A stretch of DNA of 40,850 nucleotides, from IMG/VR virus record IMGVR_UViG_3300036520_000019, positions 1-40,850 of that record. The stretch is one strand, 5' to 3'. The DNA comes from a virus. Taxonomy: Duplodnaviria; Caudoviricetes. The notes beneath the pieces are model-generated. The model did not search any database and had not been told where the DNA came from. It saw nothing but the letters and a program-made list of their open reading frames with translations. Both the position numbers and the translations under genes were made by a program. How positions within the stretch are numbered: position 1 is the stretch's first letter; every line of letters begins with the position of its first letter. Below, in pieces: positions 1 to 10,600 of this stretch.

Positions 1-297
1 ATGCACGCCCTACCCGTAATCAAAAATGTTTGCTCCGAGGCGATCGAGGCCCGCGAGGATGACAAAGAACACTGGCGCAACGATTTCTGTGCCATCGTCG
101 CCCCTGAAGTCGTGCTCTCGCTCATTGCCGATCTAGAAAAGCCGCCACGGATCAGCGAGGAAGAACTGCAGGCGCTTGGCAAGCTGGTGCGCGACTTGAC
201 CGGGTTTATCAAGCTCAGAACGGGCGATGCGTCCGATCCGGTGCGGGATGATCTGCTATTGCAGGCCCGGCAGTTACTCGGTCTAGCCGGAATCTAA
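1..297 (+). CDS. Hypothetical protein
   Basis: 98-aa ORF at the window edge, followed by AAGGAGG SD of the next gene. Confidence 0.6.
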   Translation: MHALPVIKNVCSEAIEAREDDKEHWRNDFCAIVAPEVVLSLIADLEKPPRISEEELQALGKLVRDLTGFIKLRTGDASDPVRDDLLLQARQLLGLAGI

Positions 298-309
298 CAA
301 GGAGGATCT

Positions 310-654
310 ATGAGCAACAAGCCATTAATGACTGATAGACAAATGCTTGAACTCGCGGCCAAAGCGGCGGACATTACCGGAACATGGGCGGCAGTGCACC
401 AGGCTTATGGCAAGCCTCCTGTCGAAGGCATCAATACGGGATCTCCGATTTTTTGGAATCCGTTGACAGATGACGGCGATGCGCTGCGTCTGGCGGTAAA
501 GCTGGATATGGATATCATCTGCGAAGGCGCCAAGAATCAAACTCGTGTCAGCTGTCCGGTAAACGCCATTGGTTTTGACTTAACCAATGACGATCGGATG
601 GCCGCTACCCGCCGCGCCATTGTTCGTGCTGCCGTTGCTATCGGCTCGGCGTAG
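310..654 (+). CDS. Conserved phage hypothetical protein
   Basis: SD AAGGAGG; motifs WNPLTDDGDALRLAVKL and TRRAIVRAA, recognised from small phage proteins. Confidence 0.8.
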   Translation: MSNKPLMTDRQMLELAAKAADITGTWAAVHQAYGKPPVEGINTGSPIFWNPLTDDGDALRLAVKLDMDIICEGAKNQTRVSCPVNAIGFDLTNDDRMAATRRAIVRAAVAIGSA

Positions 655-672
655 GTTGGCGTAGTCTCCGCC

Positions 673-915
673 ATGCCATTCAAGCCGCCACTTACCCGAG
701 AGCAATTAACCGAGATACAGGAGCGCAACCGGGAGAACGAAGACGTCATCACCCTCCTGTGGGAGATAAAACGTCTGCGTGCCCTCGTCCTGCGAGCCGA
801 TCAGGTGCAGCGTTCCATCACCCCAGGCTCCGGGGCGGAGATGGTCATCGGCGTATTGCGCAAGGAGCTGGAGGGAGAGCCGTGTATCGCGGAGCAGTCG
901 AGGTTGGATTTGTAA
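673..915 (+). CDS. Hypothetical protein
   Basis: 80-aa ORF, LLWEIKRLRALVLRADQ helix; co-directional with neighbours. Confidence 0.7.
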   Translation: MPFKPPLTREQLTEIQERNRENEDVITLLWEIKRLRALVLRADQVQRSITPGSGAEMVIGVLRKELEGEPCIAEQSRLDL

Positions 916-966
916 GCCAACATTCTCTGCTAAACTTACTTGCAGTCAACCTTTTGTTGGACCACT

Positions 967-1881
967 ATGTATCCTGAGGCCGCCCCCAATACCGTTTCAG
1001 TGATCATTCCTACGACATGCGAGCTTAAGCGAGCATCCTACATCGAGCGTGCGATTCAGAGCGTCTTATCTCAAACCGGCGTCGACATTGAACTGATCGT
1101 AGTTGTAAACGGCAACCGTTACGACGACGGCATCTTTACAACGTTACAGTCAGACCACCGAATCAAAGTAATTAAACGCGCAGAAGGCAACGTCTCGAAG
1201 GCCCGCTATTTTGGACTGGCTGCAGCCCGAGGTGCGTTTTATTGTTTCCTCGACGACGATGACGAGTTCTTGCCCGGAGCGATGAAGACGCGGGCTGATT
1301 TTCTGGTAAAGCACCCTGATGCGGATGTCGTGGTCACAAATGGCTACATCAACACGCCGGATGACGCGCCACTGGTACGTGAGTCAGCAGAACAAATCAA
1401 CAAGGATCCCGCCCTTGCCTTCCTTCGGTCAAACTGGTTTGCCTCTCCCGCGTCGATGTTCCGAGCCAGTACTGTTGACTTGAGCCTTTTGGACATTGAA
1501 TACAAGTTTTTTGAGTGGACGTATCTGTTCTTCCTCTTACTGTCGAACGGCAAATCAATTAAATTTGATCCATCGATGACGTATCGCGTAACAGTGGACA
1601 ATCCATTGTCGGCCTCAAAGTCGAAGGAATACTTGCTGTCACATGCGACGTTCCTAGGATCTCTTCAATCTTTGAATCTGAATTCGCATGTTAAAAGAGC
1701 GCTCATACCGAAGTACCAGGCGGCTCTGAACGGAGCGGCTAACTTACACCTCAAAGATGGCATGATGAAGGCGGCATGGGCGGCGCATCTAAAATGCCTG
1801 ATGAGCGGCGGGTGGCGCTACCTCCCCTATACCCGACGTCTAATATTTCCGACATTTTTCCGCCCTGCGGTCCGAATTTAG
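967..1881 (+). CDS. GT2 family glycosyltransferase (moron)
   Basis: VSVIIPT..IERAIQSVLSQT..ELIVV N-terminus, FLDDDD DxD motif; ATG at 967; lower GC than structural genes. Confidence 0.9.
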   Translation: MYPEAAPNTVSVIIPTTCELKRASYIERAIQSVLSQTGVDIELIVVVNGNRYDDGIFTTLQSDHRIKVIKRAEGNVSKARYFGLAAARGAFYCFLDDDDEFLPGAMKTRADFLVKHPDADVVVTNGYINTPDDAPLVRESAEQINKDPALAFLRSNWFASPASMFRASTVDLSLLDIEYKFFEWTYLFFLLLSNGKSIKFDPSMTYRVTVDNPLSASKSKEYLLSHATFLGSLQSLNLNSHVKRALIPKYQAALNGAANLHLKDGMMKAAWAAHLKCLMSGGWRYLPYTRRLIFPTFFRPAVRI

Positions 1882-2591
1882 TTGGAACGACGCATGAAAC
1901 AGTTCATCTCCAAGAGACCACCATTGCTTATCCGGCTTACCACCGAGAGATTGTGCAAATCGAATCCTGCAGACTCGTAGACGGCCAACGCTTCTAAGTA
2001 GTGAGGCATGTTCTTGTAAAGTGGCTGGACCGAGAGTTCAGATTGAAGACCCTTGATGCTGGAGATGCAATCTGATGCGCCTTTAAAAACCTCCAAGTCG
2101 TAGCCTTGGGTGTCCATCTTTAGAAAAACGTTTTTGCAGCCCAACCCGCTAATAAGCGCAGGGAACATAGCGTCAAGTCTTTTGACTGCTACTTGTTCAG
2201 ATCGCGTATTTTTCTCCGCCGTTTTGGACTCCAGCAAAGAACTCATTACCGTGAGTTTAGGTACGTTTATTAATAGCGATTCCTCTCTGCTTCCGAGTGC
2301 CATTTGATACCCCCGCCATTTGGCATCATCCATGAAGCTTTTCTTCATGATGCCAAACTCAGTGGATATTGGTTCAAACGAAACAATATGGCCGGTATAG
2401 CCAATATCCCTTAACTCTTGTGCATACTGCCCGCGATTTGCTCCAACATCTAATACGCAATCAATTTCCAATTGCTGCAATAGGTGCCGCAGGGACGATA
2501 GTTCATTTACCCGATCAAGCTGCTGCTCTGGGAGGCGCAAGCCTTTGGATACACTCCATGTTGCCAATGACTTGGCAATATTTTTGGCCAT
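1878..2591 (-). CDS. FkbM family SAM-dependent methyltransferase (moron)
   Basis: VLDVGANRGQY, SFEP and LKMDTQGYDLEVFKG motifs; ATG at 2591 with GGGGA SD. Confidence 0.92.
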   Translation of the reverse strand: MAKNIAKSLATWSVSKGLRLPEQQLDRVNELSSLRHLLQQLEIDCVLDVGANRGQYAQELRDIGYTGHIVSFEPISTEFGIMKKSFMDDAKWRGYQMALGSREESLLINVPKLTVMSSLLESKTAEKNTRSEQVAVKRLDAMFPALISGLGCKNVFLKMDTQGYDLEVFKGASDCISSIKGLQSELSVQPLYKNMPHYLEALAVYESAGFDLHNLSVVSRISNGGLLEMNCFMRRSN

Positions 2592-2707
2592 TTCGTTGTC
2601 CCCACGGCAAGTTAAGCAAAGTTGCATTTTGGTAAAAATGACAATTTACCATACGCTTGCCCAAGATTGCCACATGCCAGCCCATAGCATCGCCATGGCA
2701 TAGGCGC

Positions 2708-3187
2708 TCACCGATCCAATCCCTTCAGGAATAGCAATCTCTCCGCATGGCGTCGCCGCGTCAGCCCGGCAAGCACCCTTCCCCCGCCTTTATTCCAGAG
2801 CAGAATCGAGTCTGCAGCCTTGGCTAGATCGCCGCGCTTGATGTGCCGACATACCGAACTGGCCCCAAAGGCGCCAAGGCCAATGTTGTATGCCAGCGAA
2901 GTGCAGGCTGCGGCCATTTCGGGAGGCAGCAGGTATAGCGCCGGACACCGTTTGTAGACGCCGAGCAGGTACTGCTTCAGCCGAAGCTCGAGCGTCATGT
3001 CCGCCTGCTCCTGCGTCCACCGGGTTTCCGGCGTGATGTGCGGTCCGGTTTCGCCCCATCCGATCGTCAGGACATTTGCCGGGCACAGGTACGGCTTCAA
3101 CAGATAGCCGTCCGACGTTCGGACCTTGCGATGACACCCTTCGAACGGCTTGACGACTTCTGCCGCCAGTTCGACTATGTCGTTCAT
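2708..3187 (-). CDS. Endolysin, GH24 lysozyme
   Basis: FEG..PYLCPANVLTIGWG, AYNIGLGAF, WNKGGGRVLAGLTRRRHAE motifs. Confidence 0.93.
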   Translation of the reverse strand: MNDIVELAAEVVKPFEGCHRKVRTSDGYLLKPYLCPANVLTIGWGETGPHITPETRWTQEQADMTLELRLKQYLLGVYKRCPALYLLPPEMAAACTSLAYNIGLGAFGASSVCRHIKRGDLAKAADSILLWNKGGGRVLAGLTRRRHAERLLFLKGLDR

Positions 3188-3657
3188 TTGTGCTTGTCGA
3201 ATACACGGCCAACGAACCAGAACGCCAGAATGCCCGACAGCATCGCCCGGTCTTCATGGTCGTAGATGTGCAGGATCGCTTCCCATCCTGACAAGCCCGA
3301 GCGCAGCGACACGATGAACATTGCGATCTTGACCACTCCATACAGCAGGAGCATGTAATAGGTGGTCAGCGGACGTACTGCGAAATTGGCTGCATCCACC
3401 CATGTAATGCCGGTTTTCTGCATCTGAGCTTTCACCGCGGCGCCCTGCACTTTCAGCATTTCAAGCGCCGTGTCGATGTTGCCCTGAACGACCATTTCAT
3501 CCACGCGCGCAGCCGCACGGGTTTGCTCGAGCTGAAACTGGCGATCCAGCATGTCGAGTTCGTGCTTGTTGTCTGTCTTCTTGTTCAGGAAGTTGAAAAT
3601 TTCGGGCAGCAAACGCATCAGGCCGCCGCCGAACATGGAGATGAGAGTGAGAATCAT
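3184..3657 (-). CDS. Putative holin (3TM/GTA-type)
   Basis: Hydrophobic segments, KHEL, VRPLTTY and AFWFVGR motifs; translationally coupled to the endolysin. Confidence 0.7.
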   Translation of the reverse strand: MILTLISMFGGGLMRLLPEIFNFLNKKTDNKHELDMLDRQFQLEQTRAAARVDEMVVQGNIDTALEMLKVQGAAVKAQMQKTGITWVDAANFAVRPLTTYYMLLLYGVVKIAMFIVSLRSGLSGWEAILHIYDHEDRAMLSGILAFWFVGRVFDKHK

Positions 3658-4127
3658 GGTGCGCTCCTTGTCTGCTTCATTTCGTTAATCTGCCGCTGCA
3701 AGTCCGCCACTTCGAGGTTGCGCAATTCGCTTCTATGCCCGAGCGCGATGATCTTGGCGTGGTCTGTTTCGATGCGGTCATATGCCCACTTGCTGGAAAA
3801 CACCAGCACCATGGACACGAAGCCGGAAAATACTTTCATCGCAAAGATTGCGCCCTGCACCTTGTTCGCCTTTTCCTCCAAGGTGCTGACGCGGGTTGCA
3901 GTAGCGGTGTTCTGCAAGATGTGATGCTGCTGGCAGTTCTTTATATCGTGCGCCAGTTCCCGAATCTCACGCTGCTGGTTGTCGTGCCGGATTGCCTGTT
4001 CGCCAACCGCTTTGTCGAGCGACACGACAGAATCGATGGACTTCTCCATGCGATTGAATCGGTCGGCCATTGCCTGGATGAGTCCTTTGACCGCGCCGAT
4101 TTCAGCGTGGATTTCCTCGTTTGTCAT
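3654..4127 (-). CDS. Coiled-coil single-TM protein of the lysis region
   Basis: Heptad-rich N-terminus, one hydrophobic stretch; ATGA overlap with holin. Confidence 0.7.
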   Translation of the reverse strand: MTNEEIHAEIGAVKGLIQAMADRFNRMEKSIDSVVSLDKAVGEQAIRHDNQQREIRELAHDIKNCQQHHILQNTATATRVSTLEEKANKVQGAIFAMKVFSGFVSMVLVFSSKWAYDRIETDHAKIIALGHRSELRNLEVADLQRQINEMKQTRSAP

Positions 4128-4136
4128 GTGCTTCCT

Positions 4137-4595
4137 TTAAGCGGTTGACGTAAAAAAACCGCCAGAAGGCGGTTGTCTGAAAGCACGTAACGCACTATGC
4201 AAAGTGCCGGGATCGTATCGGTGCGGATCTTCAAACCCGAGCGCGGCGGCCATCGCTTCGCTGCAAAACCACTTGCGCTTGTCGTGTCCGATCGGTGACA
4301 GGATGAAATGGATGTTGCCGAGGATGTCGTAGGGTTGCCCCATGTGCTGCATGAACCAGTCGCGTGCCGGCACTTCCAGATACAGCGGCAAGTCGACGAA
4401 ATCCCAGTGGTCCGGATTGAAGTCGATTTTCTTGAACCGCACGCCACCATCCATAAAGGAAGACGATGCCGACCGCCCATCGAAGAACACCAGCTCGCAA
4501 TGCGAATATGGCGAACGTGTCCACCACCGCACAAGGCGGTTATAGATGCCGGGGATGCCGGGCCGGGTTCCCTTATAGAACGCAGCGCGCAGCAT
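4137..4595 (-). CDS. Permuted papain-like (YiiX/C92-like) amidase/peptidase
   Basis: His before Cys: YSHCEL...GQPYD...WFCSEA. Confidence 0.75.
   Translation of the reverse strand: MLRAAFYKGTRPGIPGIYNRLVRWWTRSPYSHCELVFFDGRSASSSFMDGGVRFKKIDFNPDHWDFVDLPLYLEVPARDWFMQHMGQPYDILGNIHFILSPIGHDKRKWFCSEAMAAALGFEDPHRYDPGTLHSALRAFRQPPSGGFFTSTA
4152..4174 (-). terminator. Intrinsic terminator-like hairpin before the lysis genes
   Basis: AACCGCC-TTCT-GGCGGTT followed by a T run on the minus strand. Confidence 0.65.
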
Positions 4596-4597
4596 GG

Positions 4598-5080
4598 TCA
4601 GACTTTCTTTGCCGCAGCGATGAACAGCGCATCAATCTGCGCCTCGGACAGGCCCAGCGACGGAGCCAGCATCTTCAAGAGCGGATCGTCGCGCCGCATG
4701 TTGTTGGAATATTCGAATTTCTGCTGCGCCTTCTTGCGTGCCTTGGCGTCGGGAATTGCCGCCATAGCCGCCTCGACATCGTCGAGCAAGTCGGCATCGA
4801 TCATCGCATCACGCGCCTGCCACATGGCGACCTGTTCCGGCACGACTGGCGCCGGTGGTGTCGGCGGCACATAGGCGGCATTGAGCACCAGCGCGCCATT
4901 TTCCAGCTTGTACTTGCCAGGCGCGAAGTCGACCGCTGCCGCCTCGATGACGCTGGCGTTGGCATTGGTGAAGCATAGCCAGCGCTCGCCGGCAAAGTCG
5001 ATATGGTCGGCGCTGAAGGTTGCCGGTTTCCTGCTTTGCGCGAGTGCCGTGCCGGTTGCATTGTCGATCAGATAGAACAT
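4598..5080 (-). CDS. Tail fibre-associated/assembly protein
   Basis: Follows tail fibre; C-terminal LGLSEAQIDALFIAA motif typical of such proteins. Confidence 0.7.
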   Translation of the reverse strand: MFYLIDNATGTALAQSRKPATFSADHIDFAGERWLCFTNANASVIEAAAVDFAPGKYKLENGALVLNAAYVPPTPPAPVVPEQVAMWQARDAMIDADLLDDVEAAMAAIPDAKARKKAQQKFEYSNNMRRDDPLLKMLAPSLGLSEAQIDALFIAAAKKV

Positions 5081-5095
5081 GATATTGCCCCTTGA

Positions 5096-6718
5096 TTAAA
5101 TGCGGATCTTCCGACCGCGACGCTCATACCCTACTTTTGCGCCGCCGACGTTGACGCGCATATAACTACCTATATCGACTTCGCCGTACGGGTCGAACTG
5201 GATGCGCCCGCCGCTTTCGCCGCGTGATACGCCGACAAGATAGCCACTCCGTGTAATGTGCGTGCGCGGGAATTGGCTGGTGCCGCGATAGGCGACCGCA
5301 AAACCGTTAATGCCAGATTTGCAGATGATTGGATAAATAATCGTCGATTCTTCGATCAGCGGGCCATGCTCAAGCACGGCTCCACGCCCATCGGTGCGCG
5401 TAAACATCAGGTATGGCATATTTGATGGCACGGACAACATGCCGATGGTGCCATCGCCCAAAGCGCAAGCCCAAATATAGTTTGCGGCGAGCGTCGCGCC
5501 GTCGACTGGCCCGCCGGATGCGTAAGCGGAACCGAGTGTATTGCTGATCGTTTGACCAGTCAGAATGTACGCGGTGCGGCCAAGCGTCGAGCCGGATCGG
5601 AAGACATGAACGAGAGCTTCGCCGGTGGTCGGAACGACTAGCGTCGAATCATGCACGTTGGTAAATGAACTGATAGCAACGGTCGACACGCGCACGCCTG
5701 ATGCGTTGACCGTGTAAAGGTTGTGATTCGTGCCGCCGTCCGACAGTGAGAACGCAAAGCCGCCCGCAGGCAATGCGACCGGATTGGAACCGTATCCAAG
5801 ATGGGAGATCGCCACCGAAAACGCGCCAGCCGCGACCGTCGCCGTTGTCAGGTCGGCGGAATAGATAGCGCGCCGAACATGGTTGCCGCCGCTGGTGTCG
5901 CACCAGACAAACGCGACGTTTCCATCGACCATCTGGCAGCCGCCGCACAGATAGGTTCCGGTCGTGGATGCGGTTGTTGTCAGCGTCAGTGCCGCGCCAA
6001 CCGGCTGCGCGCTGTTGTCGTACCGCTGCGCGATCAGTGACGCGCCAGCGCTGGCAGTATAGAAGGCGACAAAGCCGCCGGCGGTCAACGGGAAGGCGAT
6101 CGGACGCTGCGATGATGTTTGCGTGCCGACCGAAATCGTGTTTGTTGCCACCACCGCGCCGGTTGCCGCATTCAACACCGTTGCCACGATGGCATACGGC
6201 GAAGCCGATACGCTATACAGATCCAACAAATTGCCGTTCGCCAGTTCGATAATCAGGCGATCCGTGACTGCCGTTGATGCGATCACCGAAGTCGATGGCA
6301 CCGTGACCGGGAAAGAATTGCCGCTGTCATCTTCGGCCACCAGCGAACCGGCTGCGACCGTTGTGCCAAGGGGGATGGTTGGCTTCGTGCTGTACGCTGC
6401 CCATTTCGACGATACACCCGGCACTTCGGCGGTCACATCGGCGACGTTTTCCAGCAGTTGCCAGAACTGGCCATTGTGGAAGGTCGACGCAGGAATGGCC
6501 AGCGCGCCGGTCAGCGTCGACCATAGCCCCTTGTAATTGGCCGCGGCGACGATCGACGGCAAACCACCCTCTACCAGGTTGGCGGCACTTTCCAGATCCG
6601 GCATGCCGGTATTTATTTCGTTCACCAACTGCGGCAATGAGGTGCCGAAGAACGTGTTGACATCGTTCTTGAACGTCGCGCTGGTACGGTCAAGGGATGG
6701 GAGCGGCGTCAATTCCAT
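5096..6718 (-). CDS. Tail fibre / receptor-binding protein
   Basis: 540 aa, Ala/Gly/Ser/Thr rich; CBM-like NYKGLW..HNGQFWQ..PGVSSKW segment, then propeller-like repeats. Confidence 0.75.
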   Translation of the reverse strand: MELTPLPSLDRTSATFKNDVNTFFGTSLPQLVNEINTGMPDLESAANLVEGGLPSIVAAANYKGLWSTLTGALAIPASTFHNGQFWQLLENVADVTAEVPGVSSKWAAYSTKPTIPLGTTVAAGSLVAEDDSGNSFPVTVPSTSVIASTAVTDRLIIELANGNLLDLYSVSASPYAIVATVLNAATGAVVATNTISVGTQTSSQRPIAFPLTAGGFVAFYTASAGASLIAQRYDNSAQPVGAALTLTTTASTTGTYLCGGCQMVDGNVAFVWCDTSGGNHVRRAIYSADLTTATVAAGAFSVAISHLGYGSNPVALPAGGFAFSLSDGGTNHNLYTVNASGVRVSTVAISSFTNVHDSTLVVPTTGEALVHVFRSGSTLGRTAYILTGQTISNTLGSAYASGGPVDGATLAANYIWACALGDGTIGMLSVPSNMPYLMFTRTDGRGAVLEHGPLIEESTIIYPIICKSGINGFAVAYRGTSQFPRTHITRSGYLVGVSRGESGGRIQFDPYGEVDIGSYMRVNVGGAKVGYERRGRKIRI

Positions 6719-7624
6719 TTAGATTAATCCTTCCAACTCAAGGGAGCAAAGGTGATGCGAAAAATAGGCGACATCAATGGAGAAGTCGCGCATAAATCCA
6801 TAGACCAACAGCGGTTCCAACCCGGTCTTTTCGGAGCCGATGAAGATCGACGGCTTGGCGCGGCGCGAGGTCAGGAAACGATAAATACTATTGAAGCGGG
6901 CTGCGTCGGTGACAACCGAAAAGTTAGCCATTTTGCGAAATGGCCTCTCGACGATTTCGACATAGCCAAACGCGTCGGCTTCTTTGCGTGAATAGTCGAG
7001 CGTTCGCACTTGCGCGCCGGCCTGCGTGCGTCCGATTTCGGTAATCGGCCCGACCTTGAACACGCCGCAGGACACGTTGCCGCTGCTGGCGGTGATGGTC
7101 ATGGTCAGTTCGCAGCCGGTAAATGCCGCCGGCAGATCAGTTAAAACGAAGTCGGCGCGCTGCTCCTGCTCGGCGAAGAACCAGTCGTAGATGGAATCGA
7201 TCATGGAGCCATCGAGGTCGACCGTGCGGCTATAGACCGTCGTGCCACCTGGTGCGTCCTTCATCGTGATCGTTGCTGATGTGCCGACCAGTTCCATCGC
7301 TGCCAGCCCGCCGATGCTGCCCGGCTGAATCGTCACCGTCAGCGGCGAAGTGCCGGTTGTGACCGTGCCGACGACGTTATCGAACATTGCCCAGCGGTTG
7401 GTTGGCCCGATGTCCACCCAATTCGTCGGATCACTTTCCGGTGGCGTCGTGCCTGCGCCGGCGGTCAGCCGCTGATAGATGCGGTGCGTTTCGGTGCGGA
7501 TGCGCTTGTCGTCGACCGCATAGGTGGTGCCCGACACCCATACCGGAAAATCATTTTCGGCCACCGTGCTGGATGTCAGCATGGCGGTCCTAATGTCCAC
7601 CGGTGCAATTACGGACATGGTCAT
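6719..7624 (-). CDS. Tail tip protein with CBM-like insert
   Basis: Directly after TMP; WVSGTTYAVDD..HRIYQ..PTNWVDIGPTNRWAMFD. Confidence 0.75.
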   Translation of the reverse strand: MTMSVIAPVDIRTAMLTSSTVAENDFPVWVSGTTYAVDDKRIRTETHRIYQRLTAGAGTTPPESDPTNWVDIGPTNRWAMFDNVVGTVTTGTSPLTVTIQPGSIGGLAAMELVGTSATITMKDAPGGTTVYSRTVDLDGSMIDSIYDWFFAEQEQRADFVLTDLPAAFTGCELTMTITASSGNVSCGVFKVGPITEIGRTQAGAQVRTLDYSRKEADAFGYVEIVERPFRKMANFSVVTDAARFNSIYRFLTSRRAKPSIFIGSEKTGLEPLLVYGFMRDFSIDVAYFSHHLCSLELEGLI

Positions 7625-10600
7625 GTTGTCGCTTCCCTTATCGCCAAGGCGTCGCCGTCCGGCATTGCCCGTTCAATCAGTTTTGTCAGCCTGCTGCCGT
7701 GCTGCGCACTCGCCCGTGTTTCCGCGCTGATGTCGCGCAGTACCGCTTCCAGTTGCGCCAGCCGTGCCTCGACCTTGTCGTTGCCGCTGTTGCCGCGCAG
7801 CGCTGCGATGATGGCGCGGTTGTCTGCGGCAGGCACGATGCGCTCGCCTTCGTGCGCGTACAGCGCCATGTCCTGCGGCAGGTAGTTGGTGCCGACCGCA
7901 AAGCCAGGCAATGCGAACTTCGACCCGACCGGGCCACCGTTGAGCTTTTCCAGCTCGCGCAGCGTGGCGATGATGCCAGCAAATGAGGTCTTATATTCAA
8001 GACCGGACGCGGCATTTGCCTGCAGCACATCCAGCAGGTTGCGCGTGACACCGTCGAGTTTGGCGATCGCATCGGTGTCGCCGTTGCGGGAACCGGCAAC
8101 CGCTTCCTCGTACTGGCGCCGCGCCTCGGCGATCATCTGCTGCGGGTTCAGGGTCGAACGCACATCATCGACCAGCAGCGAATCGGCGAGGCTTTCCGCC
8201 GCTTTGCGCAGGCTAGCGAACGCATCGGTCAGCTTGTTGGCTTCCTTGTCCGGACCGGTGAACAGTTCCAGCCCCAGCGAGAACAGTTCCGCATACTGGC
8301 CTTCGGACAACGTGCCATTGGCCAGCGCATTGTTGATCTTCGCAAATGCCTTCTCGAAGGATGCGGAATCATATTCGCGCACGCCGTCCAGCAGCAGCGA
8401 CACATCGCGCACCGCATCGCTGCCGAGACCCTTGAATGCGTCCTTGCCCTTCAGTTGCTCGGCCACCCTTGCGGCGTCCTGCGTCGTCATGGCTGCGGCG
8501 GCAATCTTCGCGGCTTCGGCCACCAGCGCGGCATTGCGCACGCTGGCATTTTCGGATGCGGTAAAGTCGCCGCCTTGCGCTGCCTTGGCCGATTCACCGA
8601 ACACATAAGCGGTCGAGGTCAGGCGACCGATGGCAGCGGTTGCCAGTGCGATCGGCTCATTCGCAGCCGCTGCGGCTTCGGTCATGGCGGCAACGGACTG
8701 GCCAATCTGATCGAAGTAATAGGCAATCGAATCCAGACCGGCACGCTGGATATTGCGTGCGGCGGCTTCGACCGCAAAGGCGCGATCCTCCGCGCTGATG
8801 ATGTACTTTTCACCGATCTCGTTGGCGACTTCCAGCGCTTCGGCATATTCGTCCGCCGTCAGCGCGCCGATATGATGCGCCTGCTTGATCTGCGAAATCG
8901 CCCGGTTATATTCGGTCAAGCCGGCATCGGAGCCGGCGCGAGCGCCAAGGATTTGCGCCCGCTGCACGCCAGCGATGCCCGGCCCGGTCGGCAGATACTG
9001 ATCTTCGATGCTGCGCTGCGTTTCGAAGTTGAGCAGATCGAACAAGCCCGCGCCGCTGCGGCCAGGTTGCCCGATGCCGTAACCGTCCGACACGCTTTTG
9101 CGAACGATCTGGAACAAGTCTTCATCGCGGGTCGGTGCCATCAGATCCCGAATGACTTGCGCAACATTCTGAATGTTGAGCGCATCGGCGGATGCCTGCC
9201 CTGCCAGGTTGGAGCCGGTACGCGCACGCGCAAGGATGGCCGCGCGGTTGTATCCGGAGATGTCGCCGCGGGCGAAATAGCCGCTCGGGTCGGGTCCGTC
9301 GACCATCATCTGCGCACCCAGCGCACCGGCACCGTTGCCAGCGCGCAGGCGATCCGGCACAAGTCCAGCCACCAGCATGCGGGTGCCTTCGCGCATCAGG
9401 TTCTGCGCCTCGGCCAGTTGCGCCGCCATCGCCGCCGGGAATCCCAGCGCGACGATGTCAGCCAGCGCATCGTTCGCCTGGTCGAGGAAGCCGACGAAGT
9501 TGCCGAACTTTTCCTGCTCCTGCGCCGTCAGCCCGTAGGTGTTGGACGCCATTGCCGCCCGCGCTGCCGGTTTCGCAAGCGATTCCAGCGTGGCGGACAG
9601 GTCGCCGATGATGGCGTTCGCTTCCTCGATGGCATCGCGCTCGCGCTCGAGCATGGCCAGCCGTTCGGCTGCGGCAACGTTCAGTGCCTTGGCTGCGTCG
9701 ACGGTTTCCTTGACGGTTTCCTCGACCGCTTCCGCTGCCTGCTTTGCATAGTCTTCCACGCTGGCAAAGGCCGGCGCGAGTTTCATCAGCTCGACGTACA
9801 GCTTTGCATCGGCTTCCCGGGCAAGGTCCAACCCTTCGACCAGTGCGCGGAATTCTTCTTTGGTGTCGACGCTGGACTGGCCGAGCGCTGCCATCTGCTT
9901 TTCAACCGACTCGGCGACCTTTGCCATCCGTTCGGCTTCGGTGTAGAAATTCTGAACGAATGCCGATGTTCCGCCTGCCAGCGCATCAATGCCGCCTGCC
10001 AGCTTGATCAGGTTCGCCGCGGCGTCGAAACTCAGCCCTGCCAGGTTATCAAACGGCAGCAATGCGATGCCTTCGCGCAGCAGCGTCACACCCTTGGTGA
10101 TGTTGTCGATCGTCGTCAGCAACTGGCCGGCAGCATCGTCGCTCAATGCTTCTGCGTCGATATTGGCGACCACATCGGCGATGGCTTTCGGGATGTCGTT
10201 TGCCGCCTGCAATGCTTGGATGGTGGCCTGCTTTAGGTCGGTCGCAAAGTTCGCAATGGCGGTCTGCGCGTCAGGCGACTGCGTCGAGGTCGATTCGTAC
10301 AGCGTGCCTTCGTAGTTGCTTCCTTCGCCGCTTTCGCCGAACATGGCGCCGGTCGACAGACGACCACCCGCGAACACGCCCCCGCGACCCTTGCCCGATG
10401 TTTCATATGCCGCCTGGAAGCCCACCAGCGACGCTTGCGAACCAACCGCTTTCAGTACCGCATTGATGCTGTCGACGGTGCCGTTGATGGCGGCTTTCGC
10501 TTCCTTTGCATACGGGTCGCCGCCGCTCGGGCCTTCGAGGAATTGCGCGCCGATGCCGCCTGCTGTCAGGACTTCGCCGCGGCGGTTGTTGATGACGCTG

